Shown: positions 49,676 to 60,709, numbered from the stretch's first letter. The stretch is DNA of 64,000 bases from an uncultured virus (IMG/VR IMGVR_UViG_3300025803_002109) (IMGVR_UViG_3300025803_002109); one strand, 5' to 3'. Made by a program: numbers and translations. Notes: generated by a model not told the origin, from the letters alone.

Positions 49676-50599
49676 ATGAGTTTACCAGTTGCTTTTCAAG
49701 CCGGAGACTTAGTTATTATTCCAGAGGGTGAATATATTGACATCTGCGTCACGCATGAAGATAATCTAACTTCAACGCACACAGTTAAAATCAAAGACTA
49801 TCTTAATATGTCAAATATCTTTTTTCGAAGGAAATATAATCTTCCCAAAAATTATGATCGGTCGATTAATAATAGTAGAATATTATCCAGAGGTGTAGAG
49901 TTAGTTCAACTAATTAGTCCCGTAGAAAAGGGTAAGGGTCAATTAATATATGAAGCCGGAGATTGGCTAGTGAGGTCTTTACCCATAGAACATCAAACAT
50001 TATCGGAAGGAGTTAGTTATAGTTTAAATAAGTATCCAATTAAAAAATTAACTCCTACAAAAAAGTGGATCAAAGTTGTCGCCAAACCATTAGTATGGCC
50101 TTATCAAGCATTTGAAAGATGGTATCCAATTAGTGATATTTTCTTTACTAGGATTCCAAGATTAGTCCCCTATGTAGAATTGTATCGGCCTATGAATAAT
50201 TGGGATAAGAATACTTTTGTTTGGTGGGAGGTATACAATACATCTGATTTTAAAAATGGTTATTTTATTCCAAATTTAGAATACTTAGAAGATATCATCT
50301 TTCTTCCTTTCGCTGTTCAAATGGATAGTGACGATAATAAAAAATTAAAAAATTCTAAGGGACCTGGTTGGTTAGTAAAAATAAAAAAAGATAAATGGTG
50401 TAAAGAAATTGGATCCGGCAGAACTCATTTTCAAAATGAAAATTATTTACATATAGATACGTATCAAGAAAACGGCTTTGATTATTTTTATGTCCCTTTG
50501 ACACAAATTTCTATTAGTTTCCACTGTCCAGTTACCTTTGATGAATCTTTATCAGTCTTAGGAAATGGAATCCCCTGTGAAATACAACCTATTAAATAG
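49676..50599 (+). CDS. Hypothetical protein
   Basis: TTATATAG at 49647, 29 nt before ATG. Confidence 0.75.
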   Translation: MSLPVAFQAGDLVIIPEGEYIDICVTHEDNLTSTHTVKIKDYLNMSNIFFRRKYNLPKNYDRSINNSRILSRGVELVQLISPVEKGKGQLIYEAGDWLVRSLPIEHQTLSEGVSYSLNKYPIKKLTPTKKWIKVVAKPLVWPYQAFERWYPISDIFFTRIPRLVPYVELYRPMNNWDKNTFVWWEVYNTSDFKNGYFIPNLEYLEDIIFLPFAVQMDSDDNKKLKNSKGPGWLVKIKKDKWCKEIGSGRTHFQNENYLHIDTYQENGFDYFYVPLTQISISFHCPVTFDESLSVLGNGIPCEIQPIK

Positions 50600-50620
50600 T
50601 CGTGCAGTAAATGTTCTACC

Positions 50621-51571
50621 ATGCGTATCATTGATAGAAATTCCATGATAAGGAATCTACCTAATACTCCAAAGATTGCAGCACTGCCTTCAGTGAACAT
50701 AGTTAGAGATTCACTTCCTGCCCACAATGCTGAAGCCCAAGGATTAGTTGCCGCCGGTCCAAGACCTGCACCTCCTGTGCTACCTAATATGCCCTCTCTA
50801 AATATTCCATCTCCTAATAGTTATTCATTGGCAGACTTTGCTGCTGGTAGAGGAGCCGGACAAGGTGTTGTTCCTAATACGCCTTTGCCAGCCACTCCTA
50901 ATGCTCCAAAAGCAATGAGATTAAAGTTAGACGCTGATTATGCTCGCCGTGATCAAGATCTTTCAAGATATAATTTGAAATCTTCTAACTGGACTCCATC
51001 CGCTCAGTATTCTAGACCATCTCACACAATGGAGATTTATGGTGTCGGTCGATCAGTAGATATTTCTGGTATGAACCGCATGAAAGCAGAATCTTTTATG
51101 AGTAATGTCAATATTCACGGTCCATCACACAATTTCGGTGGAGATCCAAGATTTGAAGCACAACACGCTGCTGTTAGACCTACTGCTGCACAATTAAGTC
51201 CAAACCACGCTCTACGTTCTCAAAAGGATCTTCGAATGACTGAATTCATGAGAGCCAATAGTGGTCCTGCCGCAACTATTTCTGGATTCGATAGAACTGG
51301 AATAGCAAAGAGAATGATGGCAGAATCTACACCAAAAAGAATTCCACTTCAAAATTTACCAGTTCGCCCAGCGGCTAACTTACCTAGTGCCCCTAGAGTT
51401 ACACATTTAATACCTAAGTCTCATGGAGTAAAATTAGAAGCAAATTACATTGCACCTCCAATTCGTGGTGCAGATCTTGGTGGAAAGTTTAGTTCTATGT
51501 CTTCAGTATCTGGAAATATAGGAGTTCATCCTGGTCGTGCTTTCGGTGCTGACGCACATCTATTCCGCTAA
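50621..51571 (+). CDS. Basic Pro/Ala/Arg-rich disordered protein with xAE motifs
   Basis: TTAAATAG at 50592; HNAE, MKAE, MMAE, FGAD. Confidence 0.8.
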   Translation: MRIIDRNSMIRNLPNTPKIAALPSVNIVRDSLPAHNAEAQGLVAAGPRPAPPVLPNMPSLNIPSPNSYSLADFAAGRGAGQGVVPNTPLPATPNAPKAMRLKLDADYARRDQDLSRYNLKSSNWTPSAQYSRPSHTMEIYGVGRSVDISGMNRMKAESFMSNVNIHGPSHNFGGDPRFEAQHAAVRPTAAQLSPNHALRSQKDLRMTEFMRANSGPAATISGFDRTGIAKRMMAESTPKRIPLQNLPVRPAANLPSAPRVTHLIPKSHGVKLEANYIAPPIRGADLGGKFSSMSSVSGNIGVHPGRAFGADAHLFR

Positions 51572-51621
51572 ACTTAGTAGAGTAGACATCATTAAATAGT
51601 CGGAACAAGCAATCTTAATCG

Positions 51622-52041
51622 TTGTCTATGCCTCGTTTAAAATCTGAAGCGATAGTTCGTGCTCAATGTGATGCGGGACTAGCCGCTTACTTAGCAGAAA
51701 TACATAAGAAAGATTTAACCAGTTCTGCCGGAACAGGAATTTTTCTAGGAACTATCATTAGTGGTTCTATCTGGGGTATCTCTAAAGTTCTAAATGAAAA
51801 GTTTGGACTTTTAGAATATTCTTTTATTTTTGGTGGTGCTTTATTATCTTCGATTTTATCTGCAGTATTAACTTGGAATAATTCTGATGGAAAACACGAA
51901 TTAGATTTTGAAACTGTTTGTGGATCATTAGAAGAATCAGACGAATCAGAAGAGGATGAAGATGAAGAAGATACTGATGTTGAGGCATCTGAGGAGTATT
52001 ATTCAGAAGAAAAATTACTTCCTACTAAAATATTAATGTAA
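51622..52041 (+). CDS. Two-TM membrane protein with acidic tail
   Basis: TTAAATAG at 51592; two hydrophobic helices. Confidence 0.75.
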   Translation: MSMPRLKSEAIVRAQCDAGLAAYLAEIHKKDLTSSAGTGIFLGTIISGSIWGISKVLNEKFGLLEYSFIFGGALLSSILSAVLTWNNSDGKHELDFETVCGSLEESDESEEDEDEEDTDVEASEEYYSEEKLLPTKILM

Positions 52042-52055
52042 AGAAGGTAAGTTAT

Positions 52056-52856
52056 ATGGAACATAAAAAGAATTGTGGATGTGGAAAAGATCCGTGTATT
52101 ACCTATGGTGCAGAATCCAATAGTGCAAACGATGATATTTCACTTATGATGGGTATTATAGATGAGATAGAAGCCAATGATATTTGGAATGAAACTATTA
52201 ATGAAATGATCCGCCGAGGAAAAGCAGTTCGTAGACCAGATGGAAAAGTTATTTTTTCTGACAGAGTTCCTCAATTCGATATCATAGAAGATATTGCTCA
52301 ATATACAACCTCCGAGATTAAGTCGGCTGAAAATTCAGACTATTGGATGACTTTTGGAAGAGTAGATTATAATTGGGTTACGGATCCAGAAGATATGGAA
52401 TTAACCGATGAAAACTTTTCTATTATTGATGCACACATCCGTGAGCAGGTTCGTTATATAATTGATAATGATAATGATAATTCATCCGGTGAAAGCAATC
52501 TTTCGTCTGGAGATTTAAATCTCACTCAAGAAGATGAAGATGAGTTTACAATTTATTACTACTGGGGAACTCCCTTTACTACTGGAGTAAATTCTGCAGA
52601 AAATATTGAGGGTAAAGACTTAAGCAGTTTTACTTCTAAAGAACTTACAGAAAGTTCTGCGATTCACGGAGACTTTGATCACGCCTCAATTAATTATTCC
52701 GGACACCAGAACTTGGAAGTCCTAGATGCAGAAGAAAATATTGCTATAGCGGATCCCAGTTTTTGGATGAATTATCCGATCACTAGTATGTTGGCTACTG
52801 CAGGAATTTTTGCCATCGGAAAGACGCTATTAAATAGTAGAAAGGGGGACATATAA
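52056..52856 (+). CDS. Acidic modular protein with C-terminal TM
   Basis: CGCGKDPCITYGAE start; KSAE, NSAE, LDAE; hydrophobic C-terminus. Confidence 0.8.
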   Translation: MEHKKNCGCGKDPCITYGAESNSANDDISLMMGIIDEIEANDIWNETINEMIRRGKAVRRPDGKVIFSDRVPQFDIIEDIAQYTTSEIKSAENSDYWMTFGRVDYNWVTDPEDMELTDENFSIIDAHIREQVRYIIDNDNDNSSGESNLSSGDLNLTQEDEDEFTIYYYWGTPFTTGVNSAENIEGKDLSSFTSKELTESSAIHGDFDHASINYSGHQNLEVLDAEENIAIADPSFWMNYPITSMLATAGIFAIGKTLLNSRKGDI

Positions 52857-52858
52857 AC

Positions 52859-53251
52859 ATGAAGTCAGATCAAAGTAGTCCCAAAGATTCAATTCAAGAC
52901 GTTCTAGATGGCTATCGAGCCGTCAATAAAGGAGGTTTCATGCTATTAACTCCACTTCTTGTAGGATTAGGACTTGTGGAAATTTATAAGAGAGTTTCAG
53001 ATAAGCCAGAATCTTCTGAGGTATCTGCTGCCGAAGTAGCCGACAATTCAGAGACTTCAGAACCTTTTGACAGAATGCCAGGGGCTACTCAAATAGTAGA
53101 CAATATGGTTCAAAGGCGTAAAGCCAATAACGTTTTATTTGAAAAGAATGCACCTACTTTGTGGCCGTCTGGAGGATTAACTGTTGTAAATATGATAGAT
53201 GCCATTCAAAGAGGAGACAATTTACCAGAGTTTCCAACTACTAAAATATAA
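52859..53251 (+). CDS. Single-TM protein
   Basis: FMLLTPLLVGLGLVEIY; SAAE. Confidence 0.75.
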   Translation: MKSDQSSPKDSIQDVLDGYRAVNKGGFMLLTPLLVGLGLVEIYKRVSDKPESSEVSAAEVADNSETSEPFDRMPGATQIVDNMVQRRKANNVLFEKNAPTLWPSGGLTVVNMIDAIQRGDNLPEFPTTKI

Positions 53252-53270
53252 ATGCTGGAGTGATTGATAA

Positions 53271-53966
53271 ATGAGTTATGAAATTTTTCCACTTGTTATT
53301 GCTGGAGTTTTTGTCTACAGTTTTAGAGATCAAATAAAATCTTTAGTAGGTTTCCCGATCGAGTCTACCGAAGAATCAGAAGTTAAAAATTCTGAATATA
53401 GTTTAGAATATATTAATCCGGAACCTGTTTCTGGATCTACTGACATTCATGGTGCCGAGAACACTAATGCCCCTGTAAATTATCAATCCGAATATCGATT
53501 TAGATCTAATCCTCATCAAGCACATGGCAGAGGTTTTGGTGCTGAAGGAGCCTCTACTCAATTAACAAAAGAATTAATGTTATCTACTGGAGAAGTTGGA
53601 CCGGGACAAATTTATCAACCTAATGCAGATTATGGTCCTGGAGTTCATGTGGGCTTCGCTTATAATGATTTGACTCCTCTAACTAGTTCCGGACAATCTA
53701 CTGGAGTTTCCGTTCATGCACCCTTGGCCTTCAATCCTCGAGATTACCAAACTATTTCTGGGGCTACTGGATGGCCAGTAAATACTCCCGATAATCGTGG
53801 TGCTTCTCGAGGAGCCTATGCAGATCAATTTTCTAATATGAGTGGTTTTTACGATGTTGCTAATGATGCAATGCCCGAATACCGTTATCCATTCCCTTGG
53901 AGTGCTTCTTATAATCCACTAGGACCGGCTCCAGCAAATAATTATCAACGCATTGGAACTATGTAA
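53271..53966 (+). CDS. N-anchored low-complexity protein
   Basis: N-terminal TM; HGAE, FGAE; G/P/Y/N-rich. Confidence 0.8.
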   Translation: MSYEIFPLVIAGVFVYSFRDQIKSLVGFPIESTEESEVKNSEYSLEYINPEPVSGSTDIHGAENTNAPVNYQSEYRFRSNPHQAHGRGFGAEGASTQLTKELMLSTGEVGPGQIYQPNADYGPGVHVGFAYNDLTPLTSSGQSTGVSVHAPLAFNPRDYQTISGATGWPVNTPDNRGASRGAYADQFSNMSGFYDVANDAMPEYRYPFPWSASYNPLGPAPANNYQRIGTM

Positions 53967-53981
53967 GGGGGTCTTGGATAC

Positions 53982-54476
53982 ATGAGTTTTAATAATTATG
54001 GAAAAATGAAAGATTCCTATGTATTGAAAGATTCTCACAGTAAGGCTAATTATAATATGGGTGATGCTCGTTTTATGGCCGCAGATACGGCTAGCAAACC
54101 TATGTTAGTTGTTGATGGCGGAGTAACTATGGATGCATTAGCATTTCGTAATACTTCACCCGTTACTCACTATACTCCTGAACAATTAGGTATGAGTGTA
54201 AGAGGGACTCCTTTTGAAAATGGAAGTCGAGGGGATACTTCTGAAGGACTAGGATCTCCTGACGAATATGGAAATGAACCACCTAACAATGCATACCCTG
54301 TAACTTATGATAAAGGAACTAGTTCTCCTATGGATCAAGGATTATACTTAGCAGAAGATAATTTAGTAAGTAAATTAAATTCTGGCATAATCGGAATGGT
54401 ATCTAAATATTGGGGAATTGGATTAATAATTGGAGCCATTGGTTATTCTGGATACTATTTAGGAAGCCGCCGGTAA
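53982..54476 (+). CDS. Tail-anchored protein
   Basis: Ends YWGIGLIIGAIGYSGYYLGSRR. Confidence 0.8.
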   Translation: MSFNNYGKMKDSYVLKDSHSKANYNMGDARFMAADTASKPMLVVDGGVTMDALAFRNTSPVTHYTPEQLGMSVRGTPFENGSRGDTSEGLGSPDEYGNEPPNNAYPVTYDKGTSSPMDQGLYLAEDNLVSKLNSGIIGMVSKYWGIGLIIGAIGYSGYYLGSRR

Positions 54477-54507
54477 GTTTATATAGATGCTACTCCCATC
54501 TTAATAC

Positions 54508-56637
54508 ATGAGTATGAGCATCCCTACACCATTACAAATTGGACTAACTTTAGGTGGTGCAAAGATATCTCCTGTCTGGGCTTTTGGAGGTAAAAACACT
54601 CCTGGTTGGCAAGATTCTACTTTCACAATTATTGGAGACTATGATAAAATTACAGAATATGTAACTGAGGCTTTCAATAACCAGACTATGCCCAGTAATA
54701 TAAAAATTCGAGATGTTTTCGATCATAGCAACTCATATAAACCCTCAAATATAATTTCTAGTAATGACTTTCACGGTAATTACATTATATTTGCTATTAC
54801 TCCCGTTTTAAGTAAACTTACTAAAACTGGTAGCATCCAAGTTTGGCAGGAAATAGGAGTAATCGCTATTGAAGATAAATGGATTGAGAATGACTATCGA
54901 TTAATCGCTGCCAGTCAATCTAATCTCTCAACATCTATAGAAGGGTTCAGGAATAGCCTAAATAAAATTAAAAGTGAGTCTGATTATCCTGCCTATGGAT
55001 CCTTATCAAAATATGATATACTCAAAAATCCAGAGACTAAAGCATTCACTATTACTATTCATGGAAAACTTAATTCTACCAATATGGTAGTCACCAATCC
55101 TACCGAAATAATTCCTAAAGGGGGTCGAGATTTATTGACTCAGTTATATTCAGAAATGGAATCTGATATGTCTAAGAAAATTTCTCGCAGTAATTATGAT
55201 ATTGGATTACCTACTAAAAAATCTGTTTCAATTCCAGCAATTCCAAAAGTAACACCTATGTTGGCTAAAGACTTTTCAAAAGGGCATGGAAAAAGAATTG
55301 TATATCCGGCTCTAACTCAAAGAAAGTTTGATGGAGTTAGATGTTTATGTCATGTCTATTTAGATGATAATGGAGATTTCATAACTAAATTCATGTCTCG
55401 CCGTGCAGTAGAATACACTTGGTTAAGTGGCACTTATGATTCTCAAAATGTTTGGCAACCCTCTAAATCAGACATATCTGCTACTATTAAAAACATATTC
55501 AGTGGATTATTTTTAAACTCTACAAAATTACTTTCTTTTAAAGAGTTCCAGCGAAGAAACAAAATGGCTAAGGGAACTCCAGTATATACTATAGATAATG
55601 AAGATGAATTACAAGTAGTAAATGGAAATCTACCTACTAAGGATCTCGAAATTGCTTTGGCAGAAAAAAGTTATAACGATTACATTAAACTCGATGATAC
55701 GTTCTGGAGATCTGCATTCTCAACTAATTTAGAATATGTTGGGGATGAGCCTTGGTTCGAGAGTCAATCTACTCATAAAGTTATAGATTCCAAACGCCTT
55801 AGAATGATGAAGCAAATTCTTAAAGACGGTATATATTTAGACGGCGAATTATATTCGCATCAATTAGAATTTGATAGAATATCTGGTTTGTGTCGTAAAA
55901 AAACTTTTGACGAAAAGGATCAGAAGGATATATCTAAATTACAATATCGTATGTATGATTTCTTTTATGCTCCCTCTGAGGAAACATATGAACTATTTTA
56001 TAAATTTTCTGATAAAAAAGATGATGTAATGAAAAATTTTAATGCTCTTTGTATGGATAAAGTCGGTTATCATGCTGCCTATACTGACCGTTATGGAGTT
56101 CTTGCTAGTCTATATCAAGCCTATGTATTCTCTTTAATTGATGATATGGATCCGCTGATGAATAAAAGTGAAATAAAAAAGTTATCAGAATTTGATGCTG
56201 GACTACCAGTCAACTTAACGCAAAACATTTTAGTTAATTCTGAAAATGATTTAGAAAAAATTCATGACACTTTCGTAGATGAAGGTTATGAAGGACTAAT
56301 GATTAGAAATCTAAAAATGCCCTATGATTTTAGTCGTTCTTGGAACTTAATAAAATACAAGAAAATGAAAGATTCAGAATTCAGTATAGTGGGGGCTAAA
56401 CAAGGAACTGGAAACGCAGCCGGGGCCATAATTTGGACTTGTGAAACTGCAGATAAAGAACATACCTTCGAAGTTGTTCCTTTAGGAACAATAGATTCCA
56501 GGAAAAAACTTTGGAATGAATGGAATTTAACTCCGACTAAATTTATTGGTAAGCCACTCACAGTGCAATATCAAGAACTTACTCCTAAAGGAATTCCTCG
56601 TTTCCCTAAAGGAATTAGCATTCGTGATTATGAATAA
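54508..56637 (+). CDS. lig: ATP-dependent DNA ligase with N-terminal extension and insertions
   Basis: PMLA, QRKFDGVRC (KxDG), LDGELY, YDF, EGYEGLMIR, LIKYK, OB domain ending IPRFP. Confidence 0.9.
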   Translation: MSMSIPTPLQIGLTLGGAKISPVWAFGGKNTPGWQDSTFTIIGDYDKITEYVTEAFNNQTMPSNIKIRDVFDHSNSYKPSNIISSNDFHGNYIIFAITPVLSKLTKTGSIQVWQEIGVIAIEDKWIENDYRLIAASQSNLSTSIEGFRNSLNKIKSESDYPAYGSLSKYDILKNPETKAFTITIHGKLNSTNMVVTNPTEIIPKGGRDLLTQLYSEMESDMSKKISRSNYDIGLPTKKSVSIPAIPKVTPMLAKDFSKGHGKRIVYPALTQRKFDGVRCLCHVYLDDNGDFITKFMSRRAVEYTWLSGTYDSQNVWQPSKSDISATIKNIFSGLFLNSTKLLSFKEFQRRNKMAKGTPVYTIDNEDELQVVNGNLPTKDLEIALAEKSYNDYIKLDDTFWRSAFSTNLEYVGDEPWFESQSTHKVIDSKRLRMMKQILKDGIYLDGELYSHQLEFDRISGLCRKKTFDEKDQKDISKLQYRMYDFFYAPSEETYELFYKFSDKKDDVMKNFNALCMDKVGYHAAYTDRYGVLASLYQAYVFSLIDDMDPLMNKSEIKKLSEFDAGLPVNLTQNILVNSENDLEKIHDTFVDEGYEGLMIRNLKMPYDFSRSWNLIKYKKMKDSEFSIVGAKQGTGNAAGAIIWTCETADKEHTFEVVPLGTIDSRKKLWNEWNLTPTKFIGKPLTVQYQELTPKGIPRFPKGISIRDYE

Positions 56638-56690
56638 TTTAATTCCTAAGTTATTAAGTAGTCGTGAACAGTTAGTTTTAACTGATTATT

Positions 56691-57146
56691 ATGTCTCGAA
56701 AATGGAGATTAGGCGATAGAGTCACTTCCATTGCAGTATCTTCTTATCCAGGAGTAGGTATAATTGAACATATTCGTTTCGATGGTATTGATGTTATTTG
56801 GAAAGATGGTTCTTGGAGTCAAGAAAGACCTATTGATTTAATTTTTGCGGGTAAACCTACGGATCCAGTAGTAAAAAATGCAGAATCTATTAATCTAACT
56901 AATCTTAAGGATCCGATCAATGAAAGAATTTTACTGAATCCAATTTTAGATGTTGTTCCGATGGCTTTTGGAAATGGTTCTCTAGAACCTTTAATTTCCA
57001 ACTTGAAAAAAAGTAATTTGCCGAAGTTAACTGGACAGTTTCCGAACGTTGCTCAAGAAAATTTTCAGATATATCAAGAAATAGATATTGCAGCCATGCA
57101 ACCTGGGGCTCCTATTCCAATGTTTTCTAAGGGTGTGATATTTTGA
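56691..57146 (+). CDS. Protein with N-terminal SH3/KOW-like barrel
   Basis: WRLGDRV...GVGII...IDVIWKDG. Confidence 0.7.
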   Translation: MSRKWRLGDRVTSIAVSSYPGVGIIEHIRFDGIDVIWKDGSWSQERPIDLIFAGKPTDPVVKNAESINLTNLKDPINERILLNPILDVVPMAFGNGSLEPLISNLKKSNLPKLTGQFPNVAQENFQIYQEIDIAAMQPGAPIPMFSKGVIF

Positions 57147-57994
57147 GTGAACAGTGGAATGCGGCTTATCGAGCCTTAACTGATATTGGAATTGATTTAC
57201 AATATGGCCGATCTATTCCAGGTAACTGGAAAATTATGGGACAAGATTCAGTCGGACCTTATGAAATTATTTTTGCAGTGCCTCCAGAATACTTTTCCGG
57301 TTATGAAAGAGGAAAAGGACAACAAACAATTGGAGGTTTCGGAACTGCGGGAGTAAATAAGTTTGGAATTGAAATTCAAGTTCGAACCGAAGAGGGAGAA
57401 GTGGGCACAGATCGAGTATTAGAAAACTCTCCATTTGAAAGGCAGATGGAATTATATGATGACGCTGTTATGGCTCTTCAAAATGTTTCTAATCCACCTA
57501 TCCAAAGTATTACTCAAGTCGGAACTACAGCAGGGAGATCACCATTAAATGATTCTGGCCGAGAGTGGAGAATTGGAGATATCGTAAATGTTTCTCGACC
57601 TACTGGGGACGGCGGTGGATTTACTAAAGGAATGATAACTCGAATATATCCAACTACGGTGCAGATTACTTGGAATCCAGATGCACAGCATAGATTTCCT
57701 TGGACTACTACTGAGAAAAAACAACATTTAATTTTTGTATATCATGATGAAGAATGGGAAACTAGTATCCGATCATCACAAACTAAATCTTTTATTGCCG
57801 AATATAGAGCCGAACATGACTCTGCAGAAATCACCGGTTATGAATTTCCGGCCGATAGTATTGATGAAGTGGCTGAAAATCCTGACGCTATGCGAGGAAA
57901 ACCACCAACTTGGACAGAATTAGTAGAACCAGGTTACATTATAAATACTTCTCCATTGCCATTTGCGGAAAGAGTTTTACCCCGCACAATTTAA
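57143..57994 (+). CDS. Hypothetical protein with SH3/KOW-like barrel
   Basis: WRIGDIV...KGMITRI...VQITW; FIAE, YRAE. Confidence 0.75.
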   Translation: MSEQWNAAYRALTDIGIDLQYGRSIPGNWKIMGQDSVGPYEIIFAVPPEYFSGYERGKGQQTIGGFGTAGVNKFGIEIQVRTEEGEVGTDRVLENSPFERQMELYDDAVMALQNVSNPPIQSITQVGTTAGRSPLNDSGREWRIGDIVNVSRPTGDGGGFTKGMITRIYPTTVQITWNPDAQHRFPWTTTEKKQHLIFVYHDEEWETSIRSSQTKSFIAEYRAEHDSAEITGYEFPADSIDEVAENPDAMRGKPPTWTELVEPGYIINTSPLPFAERVLPRTI

Positions 57995-58060
57995 TTTAAC
58001 GTAGAATTTAATAACGTTTATAGAGAAGGTTTTAAATATCAGAGGGATAGAATATCAAGT

Positions 58061-58426
58061 ATGAGATTCACGTATGGCAGTTTAGTTGCTAGTTTTATAC
58101 TAGGAGCATTCAGTATGCAAATGTTCGGAAACAAAATAATGTCTAAGGCTGCCGAAGTAGTTACTTCGGAACCCCTTATGACTAGAAACATGACCCCGGC
58201 TGACTATGAATCAGCCTATGTAGAATCTTCAGGCACTACTGCAGACATAGTTCCAGTATCACTTTCTCAATCTTTCGTAGGTTCATACTTAGGTAAACAA
58301 GTTATGGATTTACAAAACACTACTCGCACTTTCAATGATAGTCTGACTGCTGGACCTATTACGGATGTGGAAGCCTTTTATGAAAATCCTTTCGTAACCG
58401 ATCCCTTCCGAGGTGGAAATCAATGA
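58061..58426 (+). CDS. N-anchored protein
   Basis: TTAAATAT at 58032; N-terminal hydrophobic helix. Confidence 0.75.
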   Translation: MRFTYGSLVASFILGAFSMQMFGNKIMSKAAEVVTSEPLMTRNMTPADYESAYVESSGTTADIVPVSLSQSFVGSYLGKQVMDLQNTTRTFNDSLTAGPITDVEAFYENPFVTDPFRGGNQ

Positions 58427-59115
58427 GTGAAAGTTTGTTGCCCACTGGAAAAACTTCATTATCTGATCTTTTAATTTATGGAGGTGGAGCCGTAATTTTA
58501 GGGGCTTTGGCTCTTAAAACTATGAGAGATAAAAATGTATTCGGTGCGAGTTCAGCGGCTGCTTACAGTGGTGGAGGTTATTCTGCATTACCTATGAATG
58601 AAGGTGGTGGATTTTACAAAACAATTACTAACACCCCTAACATGGACAGCCATGCTACTCAATATTCTATGGGTCCAGAATCTACCGGATTAGATCAATC
58701 CGCACCTTCTACCTTACTTCGTTCAGACTATGTAGAACCTTCTACTCCTGTTCAAGTAGATCCATTTAATGGATACGTTCCTCGACTTCCAGTAAATGCA
58801 GTTCGCCCTATGATTCCAGTTATTTCAGGAATTGGTGCTAACGCTATGGTATTATCTGCTGAAGGTAGTCAAGGTCGTTCTCGATCTGGCGACAATCAAG
58901 CCAATTCTACGGATGACTCCGGAGTATTAAATGGCCGTTTTGGTCGCCCTGCCTTAGTTCCTGGAACTAATGAAGGTTATTTAGATATGGCTACTGGTAT
59001 GACTAAGACTATGGATGAATGGCGAAGATCATATAGTTTATCTAGAATGAGTGATACCTTAGTTAGAGGTATGCCTATGTCTGGTGGTATTCCAGTTATG
59101 TTACGCCGAGTATAG
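58423..59115 (+). CDS. N-anchored Gly/Ser/Pro-rich protein
   Basis: LLIYGGGAVILGALAL; LSAE; ATGA overlap. Confidence 0.8.
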   Translation: MSESLLPTGKTSLSDLLIYGGGAVILGALALKTMRDKNVFGASSAAAYSGGGYSALPMNEGGGFYKTITNTPNMDSHATQYSMGPESTGLDQSAPSTLLRSDYVEPSTPVQVDPFNGYVPRLPVNAVRPMIPVISGIGANAMVLSAEGSQGRSRSGDNQANSTDDSGVLNGRFGRPALVPGTNEGYLDMATGMTKTMDEWRRSYSLSRMSDTLVRGMPMSGGIPVMLRRV

Positions 59116-59197
59116 ATTGTAATTAAATGTAATTAAATTTAATTAAATTAATTGCTGTGCCCGAAACATTAAGTATCTGTTCTCAACTACTATTACT

Positions 59198-60709
59198 ATG
59201 GCTAATCTTTTAGTAGTATATGATGCCTACTACGCTACTGATTGGAAAAAATTAGTATCTCCTCGTTCTCCAAGTATATGGTCGGGCGAAGAAGTCGCCC
59301 CGGAATTAATGCAGAGGCTAATGTCTGGCGAAGACTTAACTGTTGAAGAACTAATGAAGTTGTCCGGTGCTACTGATGAGTTATCCGGATTATCTACTAC
59401 TCTAGACAAAATTATTGAAGATTTCGGAGTTCCTCTTTCCTGGAACGATGAAGATGACTTTGGAAAGTTTTTATCCGATATTCAAAACAAAGAAAGTTTT
59501 AGGAAAGAAATCCAAAATAAATTATCTTCTGCCGAACCGGCTGCTTGTTTTGCTATGACTGGAGAAGTTTATCGAGCCGTAGAATCTGCTGGTGACCCTA
59601 ACAAAATATTAAAATATTTTAGACCTTTAATTCTTTCTTGGAATGATCAGGATCCCGAGGCTAATTTATTTAATAATACGGTTCAGTATAAAACTAATTT
59701 TATTTCTGGAAATCTAATTCAAGATCCATATTACAAACTAAATTTTAAATTAGTGGCCATTAACTCAGCAGAAGCAGAAAAAAATTCTATGTCTGAAGAT
59801 GATGCCTGGTTTGCTAAGAATTTTCCAACTAAAGAAAATACCCCTATTGATCCCGAATTTATTTTTGGTAATCTCCCGAATCCTTTATTTTTCAATTCCA
59901 TAGATTCCAGATCTGCTTTAAACACTCCTATTCCCATACTAGAAATTCCTGAATTAACAGATATCTCTTGGCTGTCCACTCCTGGAAATAACTTTCAGAT
60001 GATTTGTCAAAAAGTTATGGATATTCAAGTAAAAAATCTAGAGGCTATGCAAGACTCTAAAGAAGTAGATGCCGATATAGTTTATGCTCCAATTAAATAT
60101 TTAATTAATTTACCTCTACAAGAGTTAGAATATATTTCTAACTTAGAAGTTCTAGAAAAACATAATATATTTACTGATGATGAGTCCGGATTTAATGAGC
60201 AAAAGATTCCGCAAAGTATGGAACAATATCTGACTAGTCAGTGGGCCGGAAAAGATCCCAATATGGTTATCAAGAATACTCAATCTATTTGGGTAAGTCT
60301 TTCTGGAGTTAGAGGTCCCGTAAACTATGTTCTGGGCTTAGAAATTTTAGGAAAGTTTTTGGCTGCTGGTGTTACTGATCCAGTAGAGATTTCTGAATCC
60401 TCTCAAATAGACTCCGAAAATGTTCCGGTGTCTTGGCCAGCAAACAAAACTAGTGACTGGGAATGGGAATCACAGCAAGTTTTTCGATATTTGAATGAAA
60501 ACTTTAATCCAGAAGGAAAAGAAACCGGAGTAGCCCCTAACAGATCCTTCAAAGATTATGTTAAATTAGTCCATTCTGCAGAGTCTGGAGATGAAAAATC
60601 TATTACTAAAATCCAAGATATTATTTCTGATATCTCGGAAATATTGGCAATCCTGCAATCCGAACCAAAAAATCAAAATTTGGTATCTCTAGACGTTTAC
60701 GATTACTGA
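59198..60709 (+). CDS. Hypothetical acidic protein
   Basis: 503 aa; TTAAGTAT at 59169, 29 nt before ATG. Confidence 0.8.
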   Translation: MANLLVVYDAYYATDWKKLVSPRSPSIWSGEEVAPELMQRLMSGEDLTVEELMKLSGATDELSGLSTTLDKIIEDFGVPLSWNDEDDFGKFLSDIQNKESFRKEIQNKLSSAEPAACFAMTGEVYRAVESAGDPNKILKYFRPLILSWNDQDPEANLFNNTVQYKTNFISGNLIQDPYYKLNFKLVAINSAEAEKNSMSEDDAWFAKNFPTKENTPIDPEFIFGNLPNPLFFNSIDSRSALNTPIPILEIPELTDISWLSTPGNNFQMICQKVMDIQVKNLEAMQDSKEVDADIVYAPIKYLINLPLQELEYISNLEVLEKHNIFTDDESGFNEQKIPQSMEQYLTSQWAGKDPNMVIKNTQSIWVSLSGVRGPVNYVLGLEILGKFLAAGVTDPVEISESSQIDSENVPVSWPANKTSDWEWESQQVFRYLNENFNPEGKETGVAPNRSFKDYVKLVHSAESGDEKSITKIQDIISDISEILAILQSEPKNQNLVSLDVYDY

